Source: Leucoraja erinacea (taxonomy: Eukaryota). Taken from it: 64,000 bases of DNA. Shown here piece after piece: positions 10,556 through 23,422 of the stretch. Position numbers and translations under genes: made by a program. Below the pieces are notes generated by a model. The model searched no databases. It was not told the origin of the DNA and was given only the letters and a program-made list of their open reading frames with translations. The stretch is from assembly GCF_028641065.1 (NCBI RefSeq), contig NC_073387.1, positions 22,010,001-22,074,000 on the forward strand, in the 5' to 3' direction. The first letter of the stretch is position 1. Every line of letters begins with the position of its first letter.

Positions 10556-11185
10556 TCAGGCGCAGCGGTAGAGTTGCTGCGGAGCAACACCAGCCATCAG
10601 GGTTTGATCCTGACTACGGGTGCTGTCTACACGGAGTGTATACATTCTCCCTGTTACCATGTGGGCTTTCTCGTTGTGCTATGGATATCTCCCACATCCT
10701 AAAAAAACGGTCTAAATAGACAATAGACAATAGACAATAGGTGCAGCAGTAGGCCATTCGGCCCTTCGAGCCAGCTCCGCCATTCAATGTGATCATGGTT
10801 GAGAATCCCCAATCAGTACCTCGTACCTGCCTTCTCCCCATATACCCTGACTCCGCTATCTTTAAGAGCCCTATCCAGCTCTCTCTTGAAAGTATCCAGA
10901 GAACTGGCCTCCACCGCCCTCTGAGGCAGAGAATTCCACAGACTCACAACTCTCTGTGTGAAAAAGTGTTTCCTCATCTCCGGTCTAAATGGCTTACCCC
11001 TTATTCAGGAACTGTGGCTCCTGGTTCTGGACTCCGCCAACATCGGGAATCGTTTATTGGCTTCTGTAAATTATGTAAATTGTCCCTTGTGTGTAGGATA
11101 GTGCTGGTGTACGGGGTGAACGATGGTTGTCGTGGACTCCGTGGACTGAATAGCCTGTTTCCACGCTGTATCTCTAAACTAAAAC
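10556..11185 (+). mobile_element. tRNA-type SINE interrupted by a CR1 3' fragment (10716-11049, minus strand, (TAGACAA)n tail)
   Basis: A/B-box-like ggcgcagcggtagag...gggtttgatcc and 3' tgtatctctaaactaaa. The paralogous SINEs at 15487, 25034 and 31734 lack the insert. Confidence 0.7.
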
Positions 11186-12218
11186 AAAAGTATTTGCGCA
11201 CATTCGAATCCAGTGGACGCTGACGTTTATTGTGGAAGGTCACGATCTACACGGGTCATCAAGTACACGCACACATTTTATATCCGCTCCTCCTCTACCA
11301 GTCATACAATTCATTTTCACTCACCCAGCTCCTCCTTCTGCTCATCATCCACCACTACCTCCTCTCTAATCCCTCCAAACCCCCCCCCCCCACCCCCCCC
11401 CCCAACCCCCCCCACCCCCCCCCTCAACCCTCAATTGCCAACACGAACCTTGCTTGCCTATACTTTATTTTATCTTTCCCATTTTACATTCTTATCGGTT
11501 TCCATCATCTCATTCTTTTTCACCTGTTAACTCCCGCTCTGTGACCATCCCCATCCTTTGGTTTGCATCTGCCAACCAACACTTCCTTTCCTGGATTCCA
11601 CTTGCTGACACTTGCCTCGCCACTTTCATTCACTTATTTCTACCAGCATAGTCCAGTTTGGAGGAAGGTTCCCGACGCGAAAGATTATCTGTCCACATCC
11701 CCGCACAGTTGTTTCCCCACCTGATGAGTCTCCCGCCAGCTCGTTTTATATTGTACTATATATCAGCATCCGCATCGTGTGTTTCTGGTTCGTTTTATAT
11801 ATTAATTCCCATCATCCATGTTTGTTATTTAGCTATATCCTCTGTATCTATCAGCACTTCAAATGGTATATGCTAAGGACGAACTTTGTTCCAGTATTTT
11901 CTTTAAACCAGAAAATTTACGGTAACAAGCAAATTGATACAGCCAAATTAATGTAATTCATCCTATAGCAGTGTATATTTGTCCGTCGTTTAATGATAGG
12001 CAATTTCTCAGTTGACTAATCCCACTATCAGGCGATGGTACTTTATTTGCTAACAGTTATATATTTTTTTAACCATAATAACAAATGCACTATTTAAACG
12101 AAAGAGAAAAAAAATGCACAAAATGAATATTTCCTTAAATATTTTACTTACGAATGATACACATCCCTCGAGATAAAAATGACACCCAAATAATATGCCC
12201 CTTCCCTGCGGTTACTCC

Positions 12219-14612
12219 TCATTGCGCCTGAGACTTTAGGCCCGAGTCGGGATCGCCGCGTGGCTTCAAGAAGAGAAAATCACTTTTCGCTGACTCTGGA
12301 GACAGGCAGACCGAGTATTGATGCGGTTCCGGCACGCGGACAACCCGGCCTGTCCCAGGATAGCGTAAAGTTTCCTCCATCGCATGTCTTCCATTAAACG
12401 TACCGTGCAAATCTCCACGATTGTAACAATAACTGGGGGTGTTATACCCTTGGATAATACTTCTGTCCTGTTTACACTTGATCCCAATCAGCAGAACGAT
12501 GATGAGAAGAAAAACAACGGAGGTGCAACTGAAAATGATGATTAAATAAACATTTGGATCTGAGAAATATCCCGGATTTTTCACCAAGGTGCTGCTTTCC
12601 GTGATTCCTTCAGTACTGTTCTCCAAAACTCTAATGTTCATTGTAACTGTACTGGACAGGCTTGGCTGCCCATTGTCCTTCACCAAGATGATCAGAGTGT
12701 GTACAGGAGTATCTGTCTGCAAAATACGGCGCGCTGTTCTGATTTCACCGGAGTTTCTCGTAACTGTGAACAAAGTGGGATCGGTAGATTTCACCATCTG
12801 ATAAAAGATCCGTGCATTCTGACCAGAGTCTGCATCAGTTGCCATTATCTTGGTGACCAAATACCCTTGACTCGCTGAGCGGGGCAGGCCCTCCTCTGCT
12901 GCTGATCGACTCTGATATGAAGGTGAAACAATTACCGGCGCGTTGTCATTTTGATCCAGGATGATAACATTCACCGTGGCGCTGCTACTCAACGGTTGCA
13001 CCCCAGCGTCCCGGGCTTGTACATGGATCTGGAAGTTTTTGAGTTCCTCATAGTCAAAGGATCGCAACCCATAAATGGTACCGTTCATGGGGTTAATTGC
13101 CAGGTAAGTGGACACTGGTAGATTTTGGATGAAATTGTCCACCAAAGAATAAGAAACATAGGAATTCTGCTCCAGATCAGTATCTATAGCAGTTAGTACG
13201 AAAATCGATGCGCCTGGTGCATTGTTCTCCATCACATATACCTTGTAGGTTGATTCAGCAAACCGCGGAGCGTTATCATTTACATCGGTTATTGTAATAT
13301 GGATGGTTTTATTTGAGGACAGTGAAGGCGACCCCAGGTCCCATGCTGAAATTGGTAATCGATATTCAGAAATCCCTTCACGGTCCAATGTTTCACTAGT
13401 AACCAATTTATACAGGTTCGATGATGTCTGTAGTCTAAATGGGATATTCTTGGGTAACTCACAGCGAACTTCACCGTTCTCCCCAGAATCACGATCCACA
13501 ACATCAATGAAGGTTATGAATGTACCAGGCGGTGCATTTTCCGGAATTTGTTTGGAAGCCGATGTCACCTTAATCTCGGGTGCGTTATCGTTCACGTCAA
13601 TGACCTTGATCAGCACGTTAGAATGTCCTGTCATTGAGGGTGAACCGTGGTCCACAGCTTGAACATCAAGAGAATAACTGATGGTTTCTTCAAAATCCAA
13701 GGGCCCTTCAACTAGAATCTTCCCACTATTTGGATCTAAACTGAATACATTACGCGCTCTTCGCAAATCAACATCACTAAAAGAATATGTTATCGCAGCA
13801 TTCAGCCCTTCATCCAAATCATTTGCTTTGACTTTCATCACCAAGGTACCATGTGGCGCGTCCTCACTTACGCTGACCCTGTAAATATCACGATCAAACA
13901 CCGGCGCGTTGTCATTAATGTCGAACACAGTTACAAGAATCTGAGCTGTTCCTGTTCTCTGAGGAGTGCCACCGTCTGTCGCAGTAAGCAAGAGCTGAAA
14001 GGAAGATTGCAGCTCTCGGTCCAAAGGTTTATCTAACAGCAACTCTGGTATGAGAACATCGCTCTCTGTTCTGCGTGTTTTTATACTAAAGTACTCGGTG
14101 AAACTGACCGTGTAAGCGGCGACGGTATTGATTCCATTGTCGGGATCTTCCGCCCTCTCGAGACGGAAGCGTACCCCGGGTGCACTCAGTTCCGATATCT
14201 GTAAGACGATGCTGTGGTCTCCGAAAGCGGGGGAATTATCATTGACATCAAGAATCTCTAATTCCCCGCGGTACACCTCCGAGGGATTTTCCAGTGTTGT
14301 TTTAAAAGACACGGTACAGATGTCTGCTTGCCTACAGATACGTTCCCTATCGATTCTTTCACGAATAGATAATATTCCATTGTCCAAACTAACCTTCAAG
14401 TAGCGCCCTCCGCCATCGGAGCTCAGTCGGAATTTGCGAGCTGACAATTGCCGTACATTCAGGCCCAGATCTTGAGCAATATTCCCAACAAATGCCCCTT
14501 GCTCCATTTCCTCGGGAATAGCGTAACGAATTTGCCCGCAAATTAGATCCTGTTCACATATCAGAAGCATGAATGCAAACACGTTGAAAGGAAACCTCGG
14601 TAAATACGCCAT
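12219..14612 (-). CDS. Protocadherin variable-type exon V3 (complete)
   Basis: ORF 12219-14672; likely start at 14612 (MAYLPRF). Six EC repeats, TM, tail with a 4-aa insertion near the C-terminus. Confidence 0.95.
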   Translation of the reverse strand: MAYLPRFPFNVFAFMLLICEQDLICGQIRYAIPEEMEQGAFVGNIAQDLGLNVRQLSARKFRLSSDGGGRYLKVSLDNGILSIRERIDRERICRQADICTVSFKTTLENPSEVYRGELEILDVNDNSPAFGDHSIVLQISELSAPGVRFRLERAEDPDNGINTVAAYTVSFTEYFSIKTRRTESDVLIPELLLDKPLDRELQSSFQLLLTATDGGTPQRTGTAQILVTVFDINDNAPVFDRDIYRVSVSEDAPHGTLVMKVKANDLDEGLNAAITYSFSDVDLRRARNVFSLDPNSGKILVEGPLDFEETISYSLDVQAVDHGSPSMTGHSNVLIKVIDVNDNAPEIKVTSASKQIPENAPPGTFITFIDVVDRDSGENGEVRCELPKNIPFRLQTSSNLYKLVTSETLDREGISEYRLPISAWDLGSPSLSSNKTIHITITDVNDNAPRFAESTYKVYVMENNAPGASIFVLTAIDTDLEQNSYVSYSLVDNFIQNLPVSTYLAINPMNGTIYGLRSFDYEELKNFQIHVQARDAGVQPLSSSATVNVIILDQNDNAPVIVSPSYQSRSAAEEGLPRSASQGYLVTKIMATDADSGQNARIFYQMVKSTDPTLFTVTRNSGEIRTARRILQTDTPVHTLIILVKDNGQPSLSSTVTMNIRVLENSTEGITESSTLVKNPGYFSDPNVYLIIIFSCTSVVFLLIIVLLIGIKCKQDRSIIQGYNTPSYCYNRGDLHGTFNGRHAMEETLRYPGTGRVVRVPEPHQYSVCLSPESAKSDFLFLKPRGDPDSGLKSQAQ

Positions 14613-14807
14613 TGTTCCGCATTCAATTAATATCGAAAACCAGGCCTGTCCTCGATTAAACGGCAAAACCACGAAATAGAAACATATATATTCTAATTGC
14701 CTAGTCGAAACAGACAGGGGATGTATCCTTTGTAGCTTGATAACACGATAAAACGCAGAGACTGCCCGCCTTTCTCTTCGGGTCTGCCGTTTTTATTCTG
14801 GGATGTA

Positions 14808-14906
14808 GGAGGGGCAATGGATCCATCTGTGGACTTCAGCTTCTCATTGGTAGACAGCGACACAGCCAGTTTTTTTCGGCAACTGCAGCTACAATTCTTA
14901 AAGCTG
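14808..14906 (-). promoter_or_regulatory. V3 promoter (CSE-like)
   Basis: Same motif set as V1 and V2. Confidence 0.8.
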
Positions 14907-15486
14907 TACAGTAGTCCTAAATACAGCGCCATGGAATGTATAATTGAACGCTACAATTTTGTTTTCAGGATAAATCCTCAAAAGTCCTAGTATGTGCGAT
15001 TACGGGGCAGTTTGACCTGATATGTTACAATGTTGCTTCACACAGAGTTTATGAATTTTTTCCTTGATTCTTATATGACTATATGGGTAAATCTTCAGTG
15101 GTCCTCCATCACCATTCTTGCTGTTGTTCATGGAATTAATGGTTTCAGGAACAACGTGTAATGGCTTAAAATAAATTAGTTCGAGATACTAAAAAAGGAT
15201 GTACAGTTACGGGACTGGTGTAAACGTGTAAACGATAATTGCGTAAAGAAGGGCCCCAGGAAAGACCAAACATTGAAGACTATGTGCGCGTTTGTTCATT
15301 CATGGGGAAAGCAAGGCGGAGACTACAATGGAGTGCTATATTAGTCTAACTTAGATACTTCAAAATTCATTTGGGAACATCGAAATGTGGAATTGCCTGT
15401 GGAATTCAAATGATCGCTTCAAAATATCCCAGTGTTGTTTACACCGCCACCATTCAGCAATGTTTAGATTTTGATTGATTCGGTCA

Positions 15487-15789
15487 AGGTGGCACAGAGG
15501 CAGAGTTGGTGCCTAACCGCGCCAGAGACCCGGGTTCAATCCTGACTACGGGTGCTGTCTGCATGGAGTGTGTACATTCTCCCTGTGACCACGTAGGTTT
15601 TCTCCGCTGCTCCGGTTTCCTCCCATATCCCAAAGACTTACAGGTTTAAAATCTAAATGGCTTCTGCATAAATTGAATATTTTCCCCCGTGTGTAGGATA
15701 ATACCGGTGTACGGGGTGATCGGTGCTCGGGTGAGCTCGCTGGACCAAAGAGCCTGTTTCCACGCTGTGTCTCGAAGCTAAAACTAAAG
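15487..15789 (+). mobile_element. tRNA-type SINE
   Basis: ggtggcacagaggcagagttggtgcc..gggttcaatcctgactacgggtgctg..ctaaaactaaa; multi-copy in the window. Confidence 0.75.
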
Positions 15790-16104
15790 TCAGAATTGCG
15801 ACTTTTATGCACATTCGAACCCAGTAGACGACGAAATGTGGAATTGCTTAACCTTTTGTCGACTCTTTTGTTTCGCGATTTGTCAGTTTGACAGTGTAAA
15901 GAAGTGAATCTGACACACTTGTAACTTTACTTAACTCTTTAATAAACACACATGATCCAGCACTAACTGCACGCAGTCCGTCACTGTGCTGGATAGAGAG
16001 AGAGATAGGGAGAGAGAGTGTTATTATACTTGATAACTAAGGCGTGGTTAGTGGTACTGAGGTAGCTACATTATTAGTTGCATGCATAAACCATCAACAG
16101 ACAG

Positions 16105-16372
16105 TTTACTTTAGTTTCGCAACACCGCGTTGACCTGAGATCTCTGCACATTAACACTATCCTACACACACATTGGGGACAATGTACAATTTTACCAAGG
16201 CAATTTGCCTACAAACCATTACGTCTTTTGAGTATGTAAGGAAAACGGAGCGCCCGGAGAAAACCTGCACAGGTCACGGCAAGTACGTTCAAACTCTGTA
16301 CAGAGAGCACCCGTAGTCAAGATCGAACTCGGGTCTCTGGCACTGTAAGGCAGCAACTCTGCCGATGTGCCC
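16105..16372 (-). mobile_element. tRNA-type SINE (reverse)
   Basis: Reverse complement of the same family (gatcgaactcgggtctctggcactgtaaggcagcaactct). Confidence 0.7.
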
Positions 16373-17009
16373 TATATACTTGCTATCTATATATTACTAA
16401 ATCTCTGTTCTTGACCGCCTTTGGCCGTATGTGCTGCGATTTCCGAGAGAACGCTTTTTACTTCCACATCTCGTCGCCCCTTAAGATTGTTCCTTTCCGC
16501 TTCTCCAGCTCCCCCTTCTGCCCATTATCCACTACTACATTACTGTGATCTCAATGATCACCCCCCACAACAAATAACACTCACCCACGAACCCTGCTCG
16601 CCTATATTTCTATATTGTCTTTCTCATTTCACCTTCTTATCGGTTTCGATCATCTCATTCTTCTTTTTCATCAATTACCTCCCGCCTTTGTGACCATCTC
16701 CATACGCTGTTTTGCAAACTCCCGATTCAATTAGGAAGAATGGATCGGTGACACCTCTGCGATAGGGAATATGATTCACATTTTCAAGCTTCCATTATAA
16801 ATCTTGAAATTTTGGGCGATGCGTTGTACAGAGCTGCTCGTTGCTAGCAACGATTTGTTTTGCAAATGTTCTGTATAAAGCTCATTGGCTATCAAGGACT
16901 CCATAATCATTTGGAGCTCAGCCTCTGGATACATGTGGCGGCGGTGTCTACATAGTAAACCTCAATGACTGCGGTTGGTGTGACCTAAATGGGGGGAGAA
17001 TCCATAAAT

Positions 17010-17840
17010 CGGATATGTACAAAGGGACTTGGGAGTGCTGGTGCAGGATTGCCTAAAACAATCTGCCAATTGAATTGATAATAAAGAAAGGAATCGCAAT
17101 GCTGGCCTCCATTTCGAGAGGGCAAGTATACAAAAACAAGGATGTAATGCTGAGGCTCTATCAGGCGCTGATCAGACGTATTTGGAACATTGTGGCAATT
17201 GTGGGCACCATATCTGAGGAAGAATGTTGCTGGCTCTTGTGAGGGTCCAAAGGAGGGTTTCAAGAATGATCCCAGGAATGAGAAGGTTAACAGATCTTTA
17301 AGAAAGAACTGCAGACGCTGAAAAAAAATCGGTAGACACAAATGCTGAACTCAGCGGGTGAGGCGGCAGCCTTAACATATGATGAGCGTTTTACGGCACT
17401 GGGCCTATGTTCGCTGGAGTTTAGAAGAAGGAGGGGGGGGGGGGGGCTTATTGAACCGTACAGAATAATGAAAGGCTTCGATAGAGTAGATGTGGAGAGG
17501 ATGTTTGCATTAGTGGGAGCGTCTAGGACTAGATGTCATAGCCTCAGAATTAAAAGACCTACCTTTAGAACGGAGACGAGGAGGAATTTCTTTAGTCAGA
17601 GGATGGTGAATCTGTGGATTTTGTTTGCCACAGAAGGCGGTGGAGCCAACGTCAGTGGATATATTTAAGGCAAAGATAGATAGATTCTTGATTAGTAAGG
17701 GTGCCAGATGTTATGAGGAGAAGGCAGGAGAATGGGGTAAGGATGGAGAGATAGATCGGCCATGATTGAATGGGGGGGGGGGGGGGGGGGTATACTTGAT
17801 GGATCGAATGGCCGAATTCTACACCTATCACTTATGATCT
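17010..17840 (+). mobile_element. Decayed CR1-like LINE 3' portion, duplicated with the cassette (paralogues at ~26010-26805 and ~32655-33490)
   Basis: YKNKDVMLRLYQALIRPYLEYCEQFW..., LGLCSLEFRR..., RRNFFSQRMVNLW: typical CR1 ORF2 C-terminus. Confidence 0.8.
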
Positions 17841-18209
17841 TATGGTCTGCCAACCAACACTTCGTTTGCTGATTTGCACTTCCATCGCCACTCACATTCA
17901 CCTCTTTCTACAAATCCTTTCATTCACATCTTCTTCTAATATTCCCCTAGTCCAGTTTGGATGAAGGTTCACGACCCGAAATGTTATCTGTCCCTATCCC
18001 TGCACATTTGGTGGCTCAGCTGACGCGTTTCCCGCCCGCTCGTTTTCTTTTCTACAATATTTTAGAATCCGCAATTTCTTGTGTTTCTGGTTCATTTTAT
18101 ATTTTAATTTGCGTCATCTAAATTTATTATTTAGGTATATGCTCTGTAGTTGTCAGCACTCCATATGGAATATGCTGATAACGAAGTTTTTGTTTCTTTA
18201 CTTACTTTA

Positions 18210-18645
18210 AACATAGAAACATAGAAACATAGAAAACAGGTGCAGGAGTAGGCCATTCGGCACATCGAGCCTGCACCGCCATTCAATATGATCATGGCTG
18301 ATCATCCAACTCAATATCCTGTACCGGCCTTCTCTCCATACCCCCTGATCCCTTTAGCCTCAAGGGCCACGTCTAACCCTCTTAAATCTAGCCAATGAAC
18401 TGGCCTCAACTACCTTATGTAGCAGAGAATTCCACAGATTCTCCACCCTCTGTGTAAAAAATGATTTTCTCATCTCGGTCCTAAAAGACTTCCCTCTTAT
18501 CGTTAAACTGTTGTTCTGGACTTCCCCAACATCGGGAATAATTTTTCTGCGTGTGGCCTGTCCAACCCCTTAAGAATTGTATAAGTTTCAAAAAGATCCC
18601 CCCCCCCCCCCCCCCTCTCAATATTCTAAATTCCAGCGTGTACAA
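18210..18645 (-). mobile_element. CR1-like LINE 3' end with (ACATAGAA)n tail
   Basis: Unique to the V4 3' flank; absent at ~27160 and ~33815. Similar to 62491-62746. Confidence 0.75.
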
Positions 18646-18955
18646 GTACATTTACTTGTACAAGCGTGTACAAATAAATGGATACAGCATCCTGAATGTA
18701 ATTGATCCTACAGTAATGTATATTTGCACGTCGTTCAATGACTTATTTCACAGTTGACTGATTCCGCTCTCAGAAGATGGGAATTTATTTGCTAAGAGTT
18801 ATATATTTTTAACCATTACAACAAATGCATTATTTAAACAAAAGCGCAAAAATGCACAAACTGAATATTTTCTTAAATATTTCACTCACAAATGATTCAC
18901 ATGCCCAGAGATTAAAATGATCCCAAATAATATGCAACTTCTTTATGGTTACGCA

Positions 18956-20937
18956 TCATTGCGCCTGAGACATGGGAGCACCGCATGGCTGCAAAAATAG
19001 AAAATCACTTTTCGCTGACTCTGGAGACAGGCAGACCGAATATTGATGCGGTTCCGGCACGCGGACAACCCGGCCAGTCCCAGGATAGCGTAAAGTTTCC
19101 TCCATCGCATGTCTTCCTTTATACGTATCTTGCGAATCTCCACGATTGTAACGATACCTGGCAGAGTTATACCCTTGGATAATACTTCTGTCCTGTTTAC
19201 ACTTGATCCCAATCAACAGAACGATGATCAGAAGAAAGACAACGGAAGTGCAACTGAAAATGATGATTAAATAAACATTTGGATCAGAGAAATATCCCGG
19301 ATTCTTCACCAAGGTGCTGCTTTCCGTGATTCCTTCAGTACTGTTCTCCAAAACTCTAACATTCATTGTAACTGTACTGGACAGGCTTGGCTGCCCATTG
19401 TCCTTCACCAAGATGACGAGAGTGTGTACAGGAGCATCTGTGTGCAAAATACTGCGAGCTGTTCTGATTTCACCTGAATTTTTCGTAACGGTGAACAAAG
19501 TGGGATCGGTAGATTTCACCATCTGATAAAAGATCCGTGCATTCTGACCAGAATCTGCATCAGTTGCCATTATCTTGGTGACCAAATATCCTTGACCCGC
19601 TGAGCGCGGAAGGCCCTCCTCTGCTGCTGATGCACCTAGTTCTGAAGGTGAAACAATTACCGGCGCGTTGTCATTTTGATCCAGGACGATCACATTCACC
19701 GTGGCGCTGCTACTCAGCGGAGGCACCCCAGCGTCACGGGCTTGTACATGGATCTGGAAGTTTTTGAGTTCCTCGTAGTCAAAGGATCGCAACGCATAAA
19801 TGGTACCGTTCATTGAGTTAATGACCAGGTAAGTGGACACTGGTAGATTTTGGATGAAATGGTCCACAAAAGAGTAAGAAACATAGGAATTCTGCTCCAG
19901 ATCAGGATCTAGAGCAGTTAGTACGAAAATCGATGCGCCGGGTGCATTGTTCTCCATCACATACACGTTGTAGGTTGATTCAGCAAACCGCGGGGCGTTA
20001 TCGTTTACATCGGTTATTGTAATATGGATGGTTTTATTTGAGGATAATGAAGGCGACCCCAGGTCCCATGCTGAAATTGGTAATCGATATTCAGAAATCC
20101 CTTCACGGTCCAACGTGTCACTGGTAACTAATTTATAATGGTTCGATGATGTCTGTAGTCTAAAGGGGATATTCTTGGGTAACACGCAGCGAACCTGACC
20201 GTTCTCCCCAGAATCCCGGTCAATAACATCAATGAAGGTTAGGAATGTTCCTGGCGGTGCATTTTCCGGAATTTGTTTGGAAGCTGATGTCACCTTAATC
20301 TCAGGTGCGTTATCGTTCACGTCAATGACCTTGATCAGCACGTTAGAATGTCCTGTCATTGCGGGTGAACCGCGGTCCACAGCTTGAACATCGAGCGAAT
20401 AACTGTTTGTTTCTTCAAAATCCAAGGGCCCTTCAACTCGAACCTCCCCACTATCTGGATCTAAACTGAATAAATGACGCGCTCTTCGCAAATCAACATC
20501 ATCGAAAGAATATGTTATCTCAGAATTTAGCCCTTCGTCCAAATCATTTGCTTTGACTTTCATCACCAAGGTACCATGTGGTGCGTCCTCACTTACGCTG
20601 ACCTTGTAAATATCACGATCAAACACCGGCGCGTTGTCATTAATGTCGAACACAGTAATGTGAATCTGAGCTGTCCCTGTCCTCTGAGGAGTCCCACCGT
20701 CTGCCGCAGTAAGCAAGAGCTGTAAAGAAGATTGCAGCTCTCGGTCCAGTGACTTATTCAACAGCAACTCTGGTATGAGAACATCGCTCTCGGTTCTACG
20801 CGTTTTTACACTAAAATACTCGGTGAAACTGATCGTGTAGGCGGCGACGGTATTGATTCCAATGTCGGGATCTTCCGCCCGCGCGAGACGGAAACCTATA
20901 CCGGGTGCACTCGCTTCCGATATCTGTATGGCGATGC
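18956..20937 (-). pseudogene. Protocadherin exon V4, 5'-deleted (no promoter, signal peptide or EC1; EC2 to tail frame open)
   Basis: Homology to paralogues stops at IAIQISE (start of EC2) and jumps to spacer sequence (cttagatacttcaa) that lies ~740 bp upstream of the ATG in V3. Confidence 0.85.
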
Positions 20938-21025
20938 AAACTCTTAGATACTTCAAGATGTGCATTGGAAACATCGAAATGTGAAATGCCTAACCTTTTT
21001 TCGACTCTTTTGTTTCGCGATTTGA

Positions 21026-21341
21026 CTTAGTTTACTTTAGTTTCGAGATATAACGCGTAAAAAGGCCCTTTGGCCCACCAACACCGCGCTGACCAGGGAT
21101 CTCTGCACACTAACACTATCCTACACACACATTGGGACTATTTACAATTTTACCAAGGCAATTTGCCTACAAATCATTACATCTTTTGAGTATGGAAGGA
21201 AACCGGAGCGCCCGGAGAAAACCTGCACAGGTCACGGCAAGTACGTACAAACTCTATACAGAGAGCACCTGAAGTCAAGATCGAACTCGGAACTCTGACG
21301 CTGTAAGGCAGCAACTCTACAGGTGCGTCACCGTGCCGCCC
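21026..21341 (-). mobile_element. tRNA-type SINE (reverse); paralogue at ~30685-31000
   Basis: Ends caccgtgccgccc on the + strand; ttagtttactttagtt tail. Confidence 0.75.
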
Positions 21342-21889
21342 TGTACACTTGCTATATAGATATAAAGGTCCCGGCTAATGTTAACAAACCAAATATTTAA
21401 TTACTAATATCATTTACTTTTTTCGGCCGCCGTTGATTTCTTGGATGGAATTAAGTTCGAAAAGTGAAGAAACACCAAAGACTGAGCACGACTGCGCAGA
21501 TATATTCTTCAAATTACTTTGACTGCAGTGAGCCCAACTTGGAATGGAAGCATGCGTTTATCGTTGTCAAATCGAAGGTTAATATTCTTCCAAAGACACC
21601 TTACAGTGATCAAGGTGATGTAACATTCTGAAATATTTTTTCGGCATGTTATTTAGGGATGGTCGGCTCTCCTGAGATTGAAATACCCAACAACTTATGT
21701 CCTTTGATATGTGATGTTTCGGGTCGGGACCATTCAACAAACAATATGAGGAAGAGACCAGACCCGAAACGGCACCTATCCAAGTTCTCTCGGGATGCTG
21801 CCTGACCCATTGATATACTCTGGCGTTTAATGTCTTTCCTTGGTAAACCAGCAACCGCATTGCCTTGTTTGTAACCTCTGTCATTATTA

Positions 21890-22610
21890 CCATATAATAA
21901 CCATATAACCATATGACAATTACAGCACGGAAACAGGCCACCTCGACCCTTCTAGTTCGTGCCGAACACGTATTCTCCCCTAGACCCATATATCTGCGCT
22001 CAGATCATAACCCTCCATTCCTTTCCCGTCCATATAACTATCCAATTTAAGTTAAAATGATAAAAAACGAACCTGCCTCCACCACCTTCACTGGAAGCTC
22101 ATTCCACTCAGCCACCACTCTCTGAGTAAAGAGGTTCCCCCTCATGTTACCCCTAAACTTCAGTCCCTTAATTCTCAAGTCATGTCCCCTTGTTTGAATC
22201 TTCCCTACTCTCAGTGGGAAAAGCTTATCCACGTCAACTCTGTCTATCCCTCTCATCATTTTAAAGACCTCTATCAAGTCCCCCCCCCCCCCCCCCCTTA
22301 ACCTCCTGCGCTCCAAAGAATAAAGCCCCAACTTGTTCAACCTTTCTCTGTAACTTAGTTTGCTGAAACCCAGGCAACATTCTAGTAAATCTCCTCTGTA
22401 CTCTCTCTATTTTGTTGACATCCTTCCTATAATTAGGCGACCAACATTGTACACCATACTCCAGAATTGGCCTCACCAATGCCTTGTACAATTTAACATT
22501 ACATCCCAACTTCTATACTCAATGCTCTGATTTATAAAGGCCAGCACACCAAAAGCTTTCTTTACCACCCTATCTACATGAGATTCCACCTTCAGGGAAC
22601 TGTGCACATA
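21890..22610 (-). mobile_element. CR1-like LINE 3' part with (CCATATAA)n tail
   Basis: [54 protein letters not shown]. Same family as 63163-63964. Confidence 0.9.
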
Positions 22611-23422
22611 AACCTCTTTCTCCAGCGCCGGGAACAGTGGAGGCTGGAACCCGTAGGCACACTGGAAAGGGGAGAGCCCAGTGGCCGAGCTTGTCAGGGT
22701 GTTGTGGGCGTACTCCACCCACAACAACTGCTGGGACCAGGAGGAGGGATGCTTGGACACCATACACCGCAGCGCCGTCTCCATCTCCTGATTCTTCCTC
22801 TCAGTTTGGCCGATGGACTGGGGATGAAATCCGGACGTCAGACTCACGGTGGCCCCCACAAGCGTGCAGAACTCCCTCCAGAACACAGAGGCAAACCCGG
22901 TTGGAGACCACATCGACGGGGAGACCATGGAGTCTGAAGATGTGGAGTAACATGAGCTCAACAATTTCCTTGGCTGACGGAAGCTTGGGCAGAGGCACGA
23001 AGTGAGCCATCTTGCTAAATCTATCAACCACGATCAGGATGGTGGTGTGACCACTGGATGGGGGGCAGGCCGGTAACGAAGTCCAGGGAGATGTGCGACC
23101 ATGGTCGATGGGGTACAGGCAGTGGAAGCAGATGACCCGCAGGAGCTTGGTGTGAGACCTTGTACTGGTTGCAAACGGGACAGGCGTTGACAAACTCCCG
23201 AGTGTCCTCCTCCAGCGATGCCCACCAGAACCTCCGTAGCACCATCTCCTTGGTCCGCTGAATGCCGGGATGACAGGTGAGTCGAGAGCTGTGGGCCCAC
23301 TGAAGGACGTCGGACCGCAGGGCAGAAACCACAAACAGACGATCAGGGCATGCGCTGGTCCCGGCTGGTTCTCCAAGGCCGCCTTGACCTTCTCCTCCAC
23401 TTCCCAGGTGAGGGAGGCAACC
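22611..23422 (-). mobile_element. Ty3/Gypsy integrase fragment (inverted relative to its LTR)
   Basis: [19 protein letters not shown] (HHCC), [60 protein letters not shown]; frameshifted. Confidence 0.92.

Noticed and set aside
15487-15560. tRNA-like A/B boxes as tRNA genes
   Set aside because: They are heads of a multi-copy SINE with no intact cloverleaf.
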